Positions 21,101 to 29,121 of a DNA stretch of 64,000 nucleotides are shown here, one piece after another; position 1 is the first letter of the stretch, and every line of letters starts with the position of its first letter. The notes below the pieces were generated by a model, which had not been told where the DNA came from, made no database searches, and was given only the letters and a program-made list of their open reading frames with translations. The stretch lies in the sequence record NZ_CP067021.1. The stretch is one strand, 5' to 3'. A program made the translations under genes and the position numbers. Source of the stretch: a plasmid.

Positions 21101-22423
21101 CTTGGTGTGTCTAAAAAAGTGATCAATTCGATTGAACAAACGTTTTACTGGAACCTTAGGTTCAGGCGGTATGGTTTGCTTAATTTGATTGAGATCCAAG
21201 CTTTCTAAACTTGTACCGATGTCATCCAAACTTTCAGAAATTAATTCACGATCAAAACTGCTATCACCAATAGAGTAGGGATCAAATGTTCTTAAATTAT
21301 TAATATTATTTTGAACGCTTTGAATCAGGTCCTTAATCTTATCGGCAAGGTCGAATTCTTCTACATCTAAAGTTTGGTTGTTGTATTCCCAAACTTTCCA
21401 ATCATTGTCCACCAGCTGTAACGCAGTTGTTTCTATACCAAATGGTGCCAATGCTGACGGAATGCTGTTTTCTTCGTATGAATACAAACAGTCATTGATT
21501 TTCGTGACTAAGGTTTGAAGCTTGATCAATCCTTGGTGATTAACGGCATGATCATCCGATCTGAGCGCATTCACAATTGGATCAATGCTCGTATTCAGCC
21601 CCTTATTCAGCTCTCGAATATCAATAAATTGCTTCGGTAAGCTGTTATACGCTGGCCATGCTGGATGTGAAGATATTTTATAATTGGTCAGCTCAGGGAT
21701 TTGCGTAATATCTTTTAGGGCAAGTACTTCACCGCCTGAATTAACCGAAATCACTAGCTGTTTGCTTAGTTCAATAGGCTCTATCGTATCTTCTATGAGT
21801 CCAGCATTTAGCGCTGCTTCTTTATCAACATAATAACGAGTCAGTGTTTTATCTGCTTGGTACCCGTAATTGTCTAAATCAGCCAACGGCAATGGATCTA
21901 CTGACTGCAGTAATGTCGGTAGCTTATTCCAGCCTAAATCTGCTTTATTGAATTGTTTAACCGCACCCATAATGGTTGTATTTGGGGCAAACGGTTTTTG
22001 CTGTTTTGCTTGGTAAAGCACAACGGACTTTTGATTATTGAGTTCAAATAGGGATTGCCACTGGTTTTTTTCAGCACTACTCATTGGGTTTTGCAGATAT
22101 ATATCTGACATATCCATTTCAATGAGGTCATTTTTAGAGTCGTAAGGAAAAACAGATTTTATGTCAGCAAGAGAGAGACTATCTTGCGAACTCTTATACA
22201 TAAAACTAAGGTCGTTATTTTGCTCATTGGTGATATAAACAAACTTTCCAGTCTGTTTTAAACCTGTTAAGAAGCTGTTTAAGGATGTGTTCAACTTTTT
22301 CTCTAAAAGCTCAACATCTTTAATCTTAATAATGGCTGCTTGGTTTCTTAAATCAGTTTTAGGGGTTACTACAAGTTGAGCGCCAAAGCTACTCAGATCC
22401 AACCATTTCTTTTTAGTTGACAT
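15137..22423 (-). CDS. Giant multidomain (polyvalent-type) protein, 2428 aa, with C-terminal SprT/ArdC-C-like zincin domain and acidic Pro/Glu/Thr/Val-rich linker
   Basis: 7287-nt open frame with GGAG RBS. N-terminal KKWLDLSSFGAQLVVTP signature. KMPGAKKD, then LGVAFGSRG..AMAHYEP..NLTK..FGHEFFHAYD (HExxH, DNA about 16430-16460), then AHEMFARSGE. PE-rich low-complexity segment at about 17.7-17.9 kb. Confidence 0.85.
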   Translation of the reverse strand: MSTKKKWLDLSSFGAQLVVTPKTDLRNQAAIIKIKDVELLEKKLNTSLNSFLTGLKQTGKFVYITNEQNNDLSFMYKSSQDSLSLADIKSVFPYDSKNDLIEMDMSDIYLQNPMSSAEKNQWQSLFELNNQKSVVLYQAKQQKPFAPNTTIMGAVKQFNKADLGWNKLPTLLQSVDPLPLADLDNYGYQADKTLTRYYVDKEAALNAGLIEDTIEPIELSKQLVISVNSGGEVLALKDITQIPELTNYKISSHPAWPAYNSLPKQFIDIRELNKGLNTSIDPIVNALRSDDHAVNHQGLIKLQTLVTKINDCLYSYEENSIPSALAPFGIETTALQLVDNDWKVWEYNNQTLDVEEFDLADKIKDLIQSVQNNINNLRTFDPYSIGDSSFDRELISESLDDIGTSLESLDLNQIKQTIPPEPKVPVKRLFNRIDHFFRHTKFKPNIPEPVIKDSLTKLALMRKIKQEYLQKIAKLKEERQAIVEAKATHTISERIEKAVAIQVAVATENAYVLDQQAYDDQAYEMELALSQLNIASTRLNNLYDSFFDSVIDREEYGTDLDNFLQSVVTDDELQDEMQRLLDEANEFEATHTSNDIDIYHFNVDLGEEPNGLWNEAVNQFDVVHYYDEQDQELSAVEKFEYSILGYSPSQESAMPDFNDMVFSNAVSVLDNSIEDMIATSAENVGKNYFSFHQQMPRILQQLHSINSQFTALGDGDAHSIASQYLSDESLERFYNLLEQDGNYKGFNKRIDVAHVLSELSSNIGNNPDSPILNRLPDIRSQLNHAINEELRVRTNPGNALANAIVFAATNEVLSLKETLEKDEIYVVDSFQNYLPKVIHKDHFNSNTQEQLFALNKKVAVSMAYKRYLQDFYQNAVGEESKSEAVIAIINNEHKHILTALGYLTPTYNEVTAPKDSKIENVVTLTEEAVKTYLAEGNALMVEPEVSARSLAVYSSTIASDQNFIRLLPMDLGQKVSSLQKQKTIMINGASSFEHILSSNPISENKLTYDDLKNVILNRILTKEAVPKYEKGLKLDIEVKNVYEHASSFLPLEKTDVNSENDFGNLFKHGLVLEALQSTPDSLKNGFNLNRDLINSALLQSFENRSIEEWTALKNKSLETKTGSLLSIITNPERIKEFEFPEINIYLTVSPADEQKHGAINLYFSGEQIPSTDRLIVKSSLNDLAADDKALFKALTLSNDSVLSTQEQMQYLIDSLEKRYQIFQSIENLHLKEKVLFNPELDDYKALTLRDADNQYIDPTAKQDLIDFVKSNDVMTNVDLMNVFTDYINQKEMDQAFENGSKIIVANDGADLVISVIDKDTPVLQHDQLRVFDNVEQFAKFNERGGLFKDFQLNGIKAHLVDQVLNDLGLRENILQTIKVPLSPSFENIDVKGLNEIVAVNISTLVNKIDFAFGEKLLESKDRFDLAIKVADDQAPLKLAIVNNAEHQQFVDQGYKILPTPKHPNSKNFLITDFAKSFKKAELFKSRDQVYKPEHMVQSAPVVEVAQEPLVEEPTVTEPEVQKPTEPEVQETTVEVVEPTEPVAPEQTSLFESEGKPEAEAPKEPKTTKPKATEPRSEVGLIEDTGMKMPGAKKDLYGPRLSLSQIQDMSLLQVKNLITRDKIWKKESVLQAKEAGRDIYIHLLTDAVRKMTNDQPRYPLENATEEQFKKVGAGYYDAVLSMRDALMEAKTVREFIPNACDLYVRLNEDKDLFTAFKSLDRSLFSLVESYAEYAATDMIISSELAKTDSSEARKTLTEALHHLRKELPPVKGTYSIYKKIRSAIDAKPFQDKVKATVTFRSGNIIDSSTLFSRSDAGLSEQVMDLLTAKKTKDATAENDDTQEVSLSEKNVSHIVDDTASTLDALFKEYAKPRTMRKAFKLSDVVVTENIASRNGQDVTAHTLQATFGFKAVEFGEYLNQSDRQIALNNAYDGCFALAKALDIDPKFVGFNGMLGVAFGSRGRSAAMAHYEPSNRVINLTKNSGFGSFGHEFFHAYDHLIFSAMTRNQPKMMMENVQPYLTRFAELNNIKSEKYANINQDLLQAAAKVNQAMYYLPMKKDDSIEVLRTNLENQVKFYETSIKTILDKTLVDQPDIVDLFTPDRDSIKEKINTFIAERGKLHTELSSLINFANRHEDPELFQKDAIQHRRYMHVAQGLHKFLSENEYPIPRTELNKYISQSRSEIDHDRVFAAQVLGAANSTVFRSVVFRDYRQMLRSQFAICALDFIKENSPKPLSDEHLKLISLSLQTNDRLTSTNQSQLKTDFYKNAMVLEGLTSAKKPYWTTAHEMFARSGEQYLQVTLAEMNLRNDWLVYPCPEGGSSSVTQPHGIEKDAIMKEIREFTVKGLDYIQENIAELRFADHQQYVRNAMHFFQPGTDQHENLVKWNEVINEMSQAEYDEYWTKLMTNIEVQADPELSKQKNSDPELAL

Positions 22424-22442
22424 ATAAACTCCATGGCAATAT

Positions 22443-22471
22443 GTATAAGCATCTTTTAATTAAAATATCAA
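22443..22471 (-). promoter_or_regulatory. Possible sigma70 promoter for the 2428-aa gene (TTGATA - 17 nt - TTATAC on minus strand)
   Basis: Hexamers read in the 130-bp gap upstream of the gene; leader would be short. Weak call. Confidence 0.25.
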
Positions 22472-22554
22472 AGCACCATCGGTTACTTTTGAACGGTATA
22501 TACTAAAGATTATAAGAGAATTTATATAAAGAAACTATCTAAAAGGGTTTTAAA

Positions 22555-22621
22555 CAAAAAAAAGGGATGGCTTAAAACCATCCCTTTTTTTAAGTTTTTT
22601 TCATTATCAGTCTGATAATGA
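22555..22621 (-). terminator. Two tandem hairpins ending the secreted-protein operon: TCATTATCA-gtc-TGATAATGA, and AAGGGATGG-cttaaaa-CCATCCCTT plus T-run
   Basis: Perfect inverted repeats read directly after the stop of the 413-aa gene. The second is flanked by A-runs and T-runs, so it is bidirectional. Confidence 0.55.
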
Positions 22622-22631
22622 AAAAATCAGG

Positions 22632-23873
22632 CTATTTACTTGCCATTGCTTGTGAAAGTGCAATCCTACGAATGTTACCCGTAGACTTAGAACGATCTGT
22701 CACTTCAATTGAGCCGTCAGATAATTTGCTTTCAGCAGAAACTAGCGCAGCCAATACCGCTTCTTTACGTTCATTTGACTTGTATTGTTGATATTGCAAG
22801 TTCAAGCGTTCAGTACCTTGAATTAAACCATCGACCATCAAACCACGTTCATCTTTAATCGCTTGTGATTTAGCAAAGTCTTTGTAATCTTGCCCTGAAC
22901 CTAAATAACGAGCGACACTTTTTTCCAAGTGTTGCATCGGTGCAAGTTTGGTACTTGAATCATGACTATTGGTACCACCACCAGCAACAGGGGAGTATTG
23001 CGCTTGAATTGCTTTCAAAGAGGTAATTGCTGGAGAAGTTAAAGCATCTTTCGCCAGTTTAGCCATCACATAATCTTGACCAGCAGATGTTTTCGCAATT
23101 TTTCCGTCAATTGGGGCATCAGGTAGACCAACCATGTTGTTGATCAATGCATTTTGAGCACGAGCCATCGCCGTGTCTGGCGCTGCAGTCGTGAATAAAG
23201 TTGAAGCTTGTAAACTTAGACTAGCATTTTCACCAGCAGCACCACATAGTCCAGACGCAGCCTGAGAAGTGGTACAAAACTCATTATGAGCTTGTAACAT
23301 AGCTTCTTGTGCTTTGTGAGGGTTCATGTAGACACCAGGCGCAGCAATCACTTCAGAGCCAACTTTATTTAAAATTGAACTATCAGCAGATTTATTGTCT
23401 TGTTGAGCTTGTTCACGATCGCTTAAAACTTCACACGCTTTAAATGCTTGGCCATGTGCACCAAACTCAAATTGAGCTTTTTTCATTTGCTCACTTTGTT
23501 TAACAGCTTGGTACGCCGTTACAAGACTTTGTGCGTTTTTATGTGCGTTATCTGAAATACCTTGAGCAGATACAGCCTCTTGTTTCGTCAGGATCTTAAT
23601 CGCTGTCGTCACATCATCTTGTTGCTTTTTAATGCCCAAAGATAAGTTTGAGTCCAACGCACGTAACGCAGCGCTTTCCACCGCATCAGCCTGTTGAAGA
23701 AGCATATTCAAGGTATTTACTGCCATCGGGTTGCCCACGGAAGCACAGTAATAAGCAGATGCAGAACCACTAATGAGGGCGAGGGTTAAACCGAGTGCAC
23801 TAATTTTTGAACGAGAGCCGTGCGCTTGTGGCGCTTTCATAACTTTACGTGATGTTCTTTTCGGAGTACGCAT
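22632..23873 (-). CDS. Secreted protein, 413 aa (paralog A), with long basic N-region signal peptide ending ASA
   Basis: ORF with GGAG RBS. N-terminus MRTPKRTSRKVMKAPQAHGSRSKISALGLTLALISGSASA. Shares KKAQFxxGA..FKxCEVL and EFCT..G.C motifs with the next gene. Confidence 0.7.
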   Translation of the reverse strand: MRTPKRTSRKVMKAPQAHGSRSKISALGLTLALISGSASAYYCASVGNPMAVNTLNMLLQQADAVESAALRALDSNLSLGIKKQQDDVTTAIKILTKQEAVSAQGISDNAHKNAQSLVTAYQAVKQSEQMKKAQFEFGAHGQAFKACEVLSDREQAQQDNKSADSSILNKVGSEVIAAPGVYMNPHKAQEAMLQAHNEFCTTSQAASGLCGAAGENASLSLQASTLFTTAAPDTAMARAQNALINNMVGLPDAPIDGKIAKTSAGQDYVMAKLAKDALTSPAITSLKAIQAQYSPVAGGGTNSHDSSTKLAPMQHLEKSVARYLGSGQDYKDFAKSQAIKDERGLMVDGLIQGTERLNLQYQQYKSNERKEAVLAALVSAESKLSDGSIEVTDRSKSTGNIRRIALSQAMASK

Positions 23874-23885
23874 TATTTAGTCTCC

Positions 23886-25082
23886 TTAAAATTGAGGCAT
23901 AGTTTGTGAAAGCTTAACTTTCACTGACTGGCCGTATTTCGTTTTCACATCATCTTTTATCGGCTGAGATTTCGCTAAAAGTAATGCAGACAATAAACCT
24001 TCTTCACGCAAACTTTGCTTGTAAGTTTGAAGATCTAAATAAACAGAAACGCCGTTAATGATATTGGCTTCTTTAAGTAGACCGCGTGGATCTTGCATCG
24101 CCATCGCCATTTGCCATTTTTTAGCTTCAGGACCGCCGTAGTAACGTGCGATTGTTTGGTCGATCAAATCGTTGGCAGACACCATTTTGCCGTCAATATC
24201 TTTGAATGATTTTGTATTTTGCGCGTCAATAACCGCCAAGCTATACGCTGGCATAGCAAGTAAAGCTGTTTTTTGGTTGGTCGCTTGCAAATAATCTCGA
24301 CCAGCTGGAGTACGTGCCGTTGCAGTAGACAATGATTTATCTGGTGTACCTAAAATGTTTTCACGCACGTAATGTCTTGCTAGAGCTTCTTTTGAGCCAG
24401 GTGCAACAGACTTAAACAGTAGGGAAGCATTGGTATCGCCACCCGGTAATTTAGACAACGTACATTGACCAGCTTGTGCTTCAGCAACCGTACAGAATTC
24501 AGCTTTATGCACGTTTAGGCGTTGATTAATCACTTCCTGTTGAGAGCCAACTAATTTACCGCCGACTTGAGAAGTTTGAGTCGCCATATCAGCTGCTTGA
24601 TCAATCACTTGACCAGATGCACTCGACATATTTGTATTTTCAGCCAAAACCTCACAAGACTTAAAGCCTTGACCAGTATTGGCACCATAAGCAAATTGTG
24701 CTTTTTTCATGGTATCTGACTGTAAAAGCGCTTGAATACCAGAGGCAATAGTTTGGGTGTTTTTAGTTGTCGCATCGGTAATTTGGTTAGCAGCTTGCGC
24801 CTTTTGCTTCACCGCAACTTTAAGCGCTGCAACGATGTTTTCAGTCGAATCATCTAACTTTCTACGGGTACTTTGAGATACTTTTTGAATATCATTTGCT
24901 TGGTTGCTTGCATGCTTAGGAATCTGAGAAGACATCTCGCTCATAATCGTACCCAAACCAACCGTAGCCCATTCAGCAAAAACAGGACTACTAATCACCA
25001 AAGTTGCACCTAAAATGACAGGTACAAACTTTGATTTTCCTTTAGGCTGTCTTAAAGTATTTTTACGCTTTCTCATAGTCAT
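23886..25082 (-). CDS. Secreted protein, 398 aa (paralog B)
   Basis: Start overlaps upstream stop by 1 nt (TAATG). Basic N-region plus hydrophobic core ...VISSPVFAEW. Motifs KKAQFAYGAN..FKSCEVL and AEFCTVAEAQAGQC align with paralog A. Confidence 0.7.
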   Translation of the reverse strand: MTMRKRKNTLRQPKGKSKFVPVILGATLVISSPVFAEWATVGLGTIMSEMSSQIPKHASNQANDIQKVSQSTRRKLDDSTENIVAALKVAVKQKAQAANQITDATTKNTQTIASGIQALLQSDTMKKAQFAYGANTGQGFKSCEVLAENTNMSSASGQVIDQAADMATQTSQVGGKLVGSQQEVINQRLNVHKAEFCTVAEAQAGQCTLSKLPGGDTNASLLFKSVAPGSKEALARHYVRENILGTPDKSLSTATARTPAGRDYLQATNQKTALLAMPAYSLAVIDAQNTKSFKDIDGKMVSANDLIDQTIARYYGGPEAKKWQMAMAMQDPRGLLKEANIINGVSVYLDLQTYKQSLREEGLLSALLLAKSQPIKDDVKTKYGQSVKVKLSQTMPQF

Positions 25083-25918
25083 TACTCAAAGAATTTGGCT
25101 GAAGCATTGGAGTTTGGTGTAGTGCGTTGCATCACATTATTAGCCACCGAATAGTTAGCCAGTGATGAAAGAGTACTTCCAGCCATGTATTTATTTTGAA
25201 AATCAACGCAAGTTGAAGAAGAGCATTCCATCAATCCGACTGGAACAACGTTGTTAGATGCAATTGACGAGTAGTTCAATGCAACAGTCGCTTGCTGTTC
25301 AGAAAGTCGAGAACGAGAAAAAACAAAAGCAGTATCAATGTCGCCATACTGCAGACCATTTGGAATCAAATTACAGACACCCATTTTTGCTTCTTCTACG
25401 CCACACGAGGTCGCCAAGTGAAACGCATATGGTGAGGTTGCTTCATCTGTTGAATTTGAGAAAAGTTTCCCTGAAACGTCTTGCATGTATTTAAAAACGT
25501 TAAAGTCTTTTAAGTTTCTATTGAGATCGGTTTGTTCACGTTCTTCAAGAGCCGTACAAAAAGCTGAATCAGGGAGGGCAGCATTCGTACCAGAATTTAA
25601 AATCGCTTTTTTGATCTCAATATTTTTATCGACACTTTGAATACCAGCAACGATCATTTCTGAATCACGCGTTTGGTTATCAACAATTTGATTTGCACTG
25701 ACCGCTGTTTGTTGAGTAGATACACGCACAGCAGAACGTACCATCAATTGCTGAGCTTGTATTGCAAGCTCAGAAAGGATAGTGCCAAGACTAAAAGCAT
25801 TGGTAAAAAGTGGTACGGATAATAGACCAACCGTTAAAGTACCCACCGCAATTGCTTTAACAGGTGAAAACTGATTAACAGTAATTCTTCTTTTACGCAG
25901 ATTATTTCTATTTTTCAT
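25082..25918 (-). CDS. Secreted protein, 278 aa (paralog C, shorter)
   Basis: Basic N-region MKNRNNLRKRRITVNQF followed by hydrophobic core. Cysteine pattern SAFCT...SCGVEEAKMGVC resembles paralogs A and B. Confidence 0.65.
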   Translation of the reverse strand: MKNRNNLRKRRITVNQFSPVKAIAVGTLTVGLLSVPLFTNAFSLGTILSELAIQAQQLMVRSAVRVSTQQTAVSANQIVDNQTRDSEMIVAGIQSVDKNIEIKKAILNSGTNAALPDSAFCTALEEREQTDLNRNLKDFNVFKYMQDVSGKLFSNSTDEATSPYAFHLATSCGVEEAKMGVCNLIPNGLQYGDIDTAFVFSRSRLSEQQATVALNYSSIASNNVVPVGLMECSSSTCVDFQNKYMAGSTLSSLANYSVANNVMQRTTPNSNASAKFFE

Positions 25919-25930
25919 ACCACCCCCAAC

Positions 25931-26893
25931 TTAAGAGAAAAAGTCTTTAATTGATTGGGTGACAGAAGTAGATTCTGAACTTGAAGTTTTTGCGTTAGAC
26001 GGTGTGCTAGTACTGGCTTTTTGATCAGTTGAATAAGAAACTGTACCAGTCGATCTACTACCATTGATTGTATAAGTATCTCCACCCTCAAAAGCACCGC
26101 TAGGCATAACTAGACCAGGATCAAGTTTACCAAGTTGACCATTCACAGCAGTACCAAGCGCACCCGATACATCAGTGTATTGACCCGCTTTGTTGATTTC
26201 ACCTATAACATCATTCAATGGGCCAACAAGTTCAGTACTTGCAGTTTTCATTGCGTCACACGCTTTTTTAGTCGCGTAATCGACAACCATTTGTTGCGCT
26301 GCATTGATGATTGTATCAAGTGATGGAATAGTCACAGAAAGGTCAATGATTTTACCGATGTCAGCAAAACAGCCACCTTGACTAGCTGGACTGAACATTT
26401 TGTTAATATCGATTGGACGACCCCAAACCGTCATTTGTAGATCTAAGTTGTCTTTAACGACTTTACCGATCCCATCAGTTGCACATGATTCAATATTGGT
26501 TTGAATGTTTTGAGCAGCTGCTTGTTCACCTTTTTTAACCGCCATGAAGTTGTTTTCAGCAGCAGTAGAGTTGAATGACGAATTAGAACTGGTAGACGAA
26601 TAATATCCGCTATTTGAATTCGACAAAGGCGTATCACCACCAGAGCTACTTGCAATGGTCGATGATGTTGCGATGTTTAAGTTACCCATGTTTTGAGTAT
26701 TACTGGTAACAGAAGCAACGGAACTTTGTTGAACTGCAATAGCACTTGAACACCCAATAACGGTAGCAACAAAAATGCTTAAAGCACTTTTAGTTTTAAA
26801 AGCTGGCTTAACATTTTGTAGATTAGGGTTAGTCCTTAAAACATTGCCCCGAATTTGTTGTAGCCTTTTAGCTTTCTTGTGATTGTTACGCAT
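25931..26893 (-). CDS. Secreted or lipoprotein-like Ser/Thr-rich protein (about 320 aa)
   Basis: Start placed at internal Met (MRNNHKKAKRLQQ...) to avoid overlap with the upstream gene; track start is 26938. Hydrophobic segment ends VATVIGC (lipobox-like). Long S/T-rich low-complexity stretches. Confidence 0.55.
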   Translation of the reverse strand: MRNNHKKAKRLQQIRGNVLRTNPNLQNVKPAFKTKSALSIFVATVIGCSSAIAVQQSSVASVTSNTQNMGNLNIATSSTIASSSGGDTPLSNSNSGYYSSTSSNSSFNSTAAENNFMAVKKGEQAAAQNIQTNIESCATDGIGKVVKDNLDLQMTVWGRPIDINKMFSPASQGGCFADIGKIIDLSVTIPSLDTIINAAQQMVVDYATKKACDAMKTASTELVGPLNDVIGEINKAGQYTDVSGALGTAVNGQLGKLDPGLVMPSGAFEGGDTYTINGSRSTGTVSYSTDQKASTSTPSNAKTSSSESTSVTQSIKDFFS

Positions 26894-26918
26894 ATCTAGC
26901 CCTTTAAAAGAGTTATGA

Positions 26919-27725
26919 TTAATGTTTTTTAGAAGCAAGTTCGCAAAGCACTACAACATCTTTTACTACAGCTTCACTACTTAAATATAAGGTAGCTATA
27001 AGGTGTTTTAACTCATATATCCTTTTAGCGAACTTATATATAGAATCATAATACCATTCTTCACCATATTGTAGTATATACTTCTCATTGGTTAAACATA
27101 GTTTTATGAATTCTTTTAAAATAGGACGCTTAAAAATAATAGCTGTCGTAATATATATAAACTGAGTACTAACCAAACACATTAAAGTATTAATTAGCTC
27201 TACTTCCTCTTTTAAGCATTCCTGTAAAACCAATGGCTTTAGGGTTTTAGAAAAACCTTCCTCAGTCACAATATCTTTTAAAAAACCTGAATCCGAGTAC
27301 TTATTTTTCAGAAAATTACTTAATTCATGCACGTTCTTTAAGTAAATATTGATCTGATCTTTAGACGCAGTTTTGAAATGTTCCTCTACACGTTTTGGAT
27401 CGTTTAACGTGATGTCGAGCATTTCAGATTCATTATTTTTTTGATTTAAAAGCACAAAAGCGGTGAAGCTGGTAACTTTGCGTGTTTCGCCAAGATAGCC
27501 ACTACTGCAAGCATTCAAAAAAACAAGGCAATGCTGTTCAGTAAGATACAAGCCGTATTCTTTTGGTGTACCTGATTCAAAGAAATTGAGTGAACGCTTA
27601 TCAAAATGAAAAGTGTTCTCTAAGGTCTGACAAAAGTAGTTAATAGAGTGTACAAAAGCTTCTGGTACAAAGGTTGTAGGCTCTTGAGACAATGCTATGT
27701 TTTGGCTTTCTATGCTCATTCCCAC
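26919..27725 (-). CDS. Hypothetical cytoplasmic protein, 268 aa
   Basis: ORF separated by 3 nt from the upstream gene. Confidence 0.55.
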   Translation of the reverse strand: MGMSIESQNIALSQEPTTFVPEAFVHSINYFCQTLENTFHFDKRSLNFFESGTPKEYGLYLTEQHCLVFLNACSSGYLGETRKVTSFTAFVLLNQKNNESEMLDITLNDPKRVEEHFKTASKDQINIYLKNVHELSNFLKNKYSDSGFLKDIVTEEGFSKTLKPLVLQECLKEEVELINTLMCLVSTQFIYITTAIIFKRPILKEFIKLCLTNEKYILQYGEEWYYDSIYKFAKRIYELKHLIATLYLSSEAVVKDVVVLCELASKKH

Positions 27726-27728
27726 GAT

Positions 27729-28169
27729 TTAGTCCTCTTTGAGAGGTAGGGCGTAATAGCCCATTTGACTTAAAACACGTAAAGGAATATCAAAGTTAAG
27801 ACTTTGCGTTAGACCAGATTTAGGGTTAAAGGTTTTAGCTGAAGCTATAAACAAAGTTTGCTCATTAATAAACACTTGAATGCTATTCGTGACCTTTTGT
27901 TCATCAAGTATGACGCCACATACAATATCTAATTTCACATCAAACGTATAAGCATCCATTTGAACGTCTATTGATTCCCAATCGATCGTCATGAACAAAT
28001 TTTGGTTTTCAAATTCCAAATTACCTTCTTCAAGAACTTTATTGATTAATCCCTTTTCTAATAATTCCAAGTAAAACGCATGTAAAGGCGTTGCATCTGC
28101 AAAACCATGAGGATTAAACGGCGTTCTTGTCGGTTCAGTGATTTTAGTTTGAATCATGTTTAACTCCAT
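27729..28169 (-). CDS. Hypothetical small acidic protein, 146 aa
   Basis: ORF in tight operon. Confidence 0.55.
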   Translation of the reverse strand: MELNMIQTKITEPTRTPFNPHGFADATPLHAFYLELLEKGLINKVLEEGNLEFENQNLFMTIDWESIDVQMDAYTFDVKLDIVCGVILDEQKVTNSIQVFINEQTLFIASAKTFNPKSGLTQSLNFDIPLRVLSQMGYYALPLKED

Positions 28170-28225
28170 TAAAGGGTATTTAGATTCTATCTTAAAACAC
28201 CCTAAATGTTTTTATTTAAAATTAA

Positions 28226-29119
28226 TTAAAACCCATTGCTATAAGTTGAAGCGCTTTCTTTAGTTTTAACGTTTTCAAGATTGCTTTGCGTAATAGTATC
28301 TTTGTAATGCTGACTAAACGCATTTTTACCCGTTTCGTTTATGTTCTTAAGCTCATTTTTAATGACCTTAAGATAGTCTTGATATTTCGGTGACTGTTCT
28401 ACATAAACTTCGGTCGCTGCAATTGAGAACATGTTCTTATCATTGGTTGCGATCGGAAATAGGGCAGTATAGGAAGCATCTTGCTTGAGCTGGTCCACAG
28501 TTGTTTGTTGCTCAATGATCTTCGTCTGATAGTCCAACAATGTTTTATTGATGTTTTCATGACTATGGATAACGAAATTCAACTGTCTGTCATTCGGACG
28601 TTCAAGGGTAAACGGCTGATCGATACCAGAAAGCTTATTACAGATCTCCATATTGTATCGGTAGGCTTCAAACGAGTCTGAAAAGTGATTAAAGTCTTTT
28701 CGGAGAGCATTATTGTTTTCTAAGTCTTGCTGAAAGTCTTGAAAGCATTGCAATACATATTCATCTTCATTTTTTTCAACGAATAATTGAGCGATGTTGG
28801 AGCACTGGTGCCGTTCGCAGAGATCCGCAAGCTTTTGAATGCTTTTAACCTCATTTTTCTTTTCTAAGATATTGCGTAAATGTAGCTGAGTTGCCCGATA
28901 CTCTTGCATCAACATATTGTGATGCTCGACAAATAGCTCATAATCGCTTTTAAGGTACGGACTGGCACCTTCAATCTCACGCTCTACCTTTTCATGCTTA
29001 GAGTTGATTTGAACACGCTCACGCGTGGTATTCACTGTATTTTGACCAAAACCACCTAAGATTTTATCAAAAGTAATCATCGCATCGATGTCGCCAGATA
29101 CGTTTTTATAGAGATCCAT
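28226..29119 (-). CDS. Hypothetical protein, 297 aa
   Basis: ORF beginning 2 nt after the stop of the 1468-aa gene. Confidence 0.6.
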   Translation of the reverse strand: MDLYKNVSGDIDAMITFDKILGGFGQNTVNTTRERVQINSKHEKVEREIEGASPYLKSDYELFVEHHNMLMQEYRATQLHLRNILEKKNEVKSIQKLADLCERHQCSNIAQLFVEKNEDEYVLQCFQDFQQDLENNNALRKDFNHFSDSFEAYRYNMEICNKLSGIDQPFTLERPNDRQLNFVIHSHENINKTLLDYQTKIIEQQTTVDQLKQDASYTALFPIATNDKNMFSIAATEVYVEQSPKYQDYLKVIKNELKNINETGKNAFSQHYKDTITQSNLENVKTKESASTYSNGF

Positions 29120-29121
29120 GA

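Noticed and set aside
22632-26893. Calling the secreted paralogs specific conjugative T4SS components (TraH, TraF or VirB5-like)
   Set aside because: I could not match them by eye to any family. No VirB4, VirD4 or relaxase is visible in the window to support a T4SS context.
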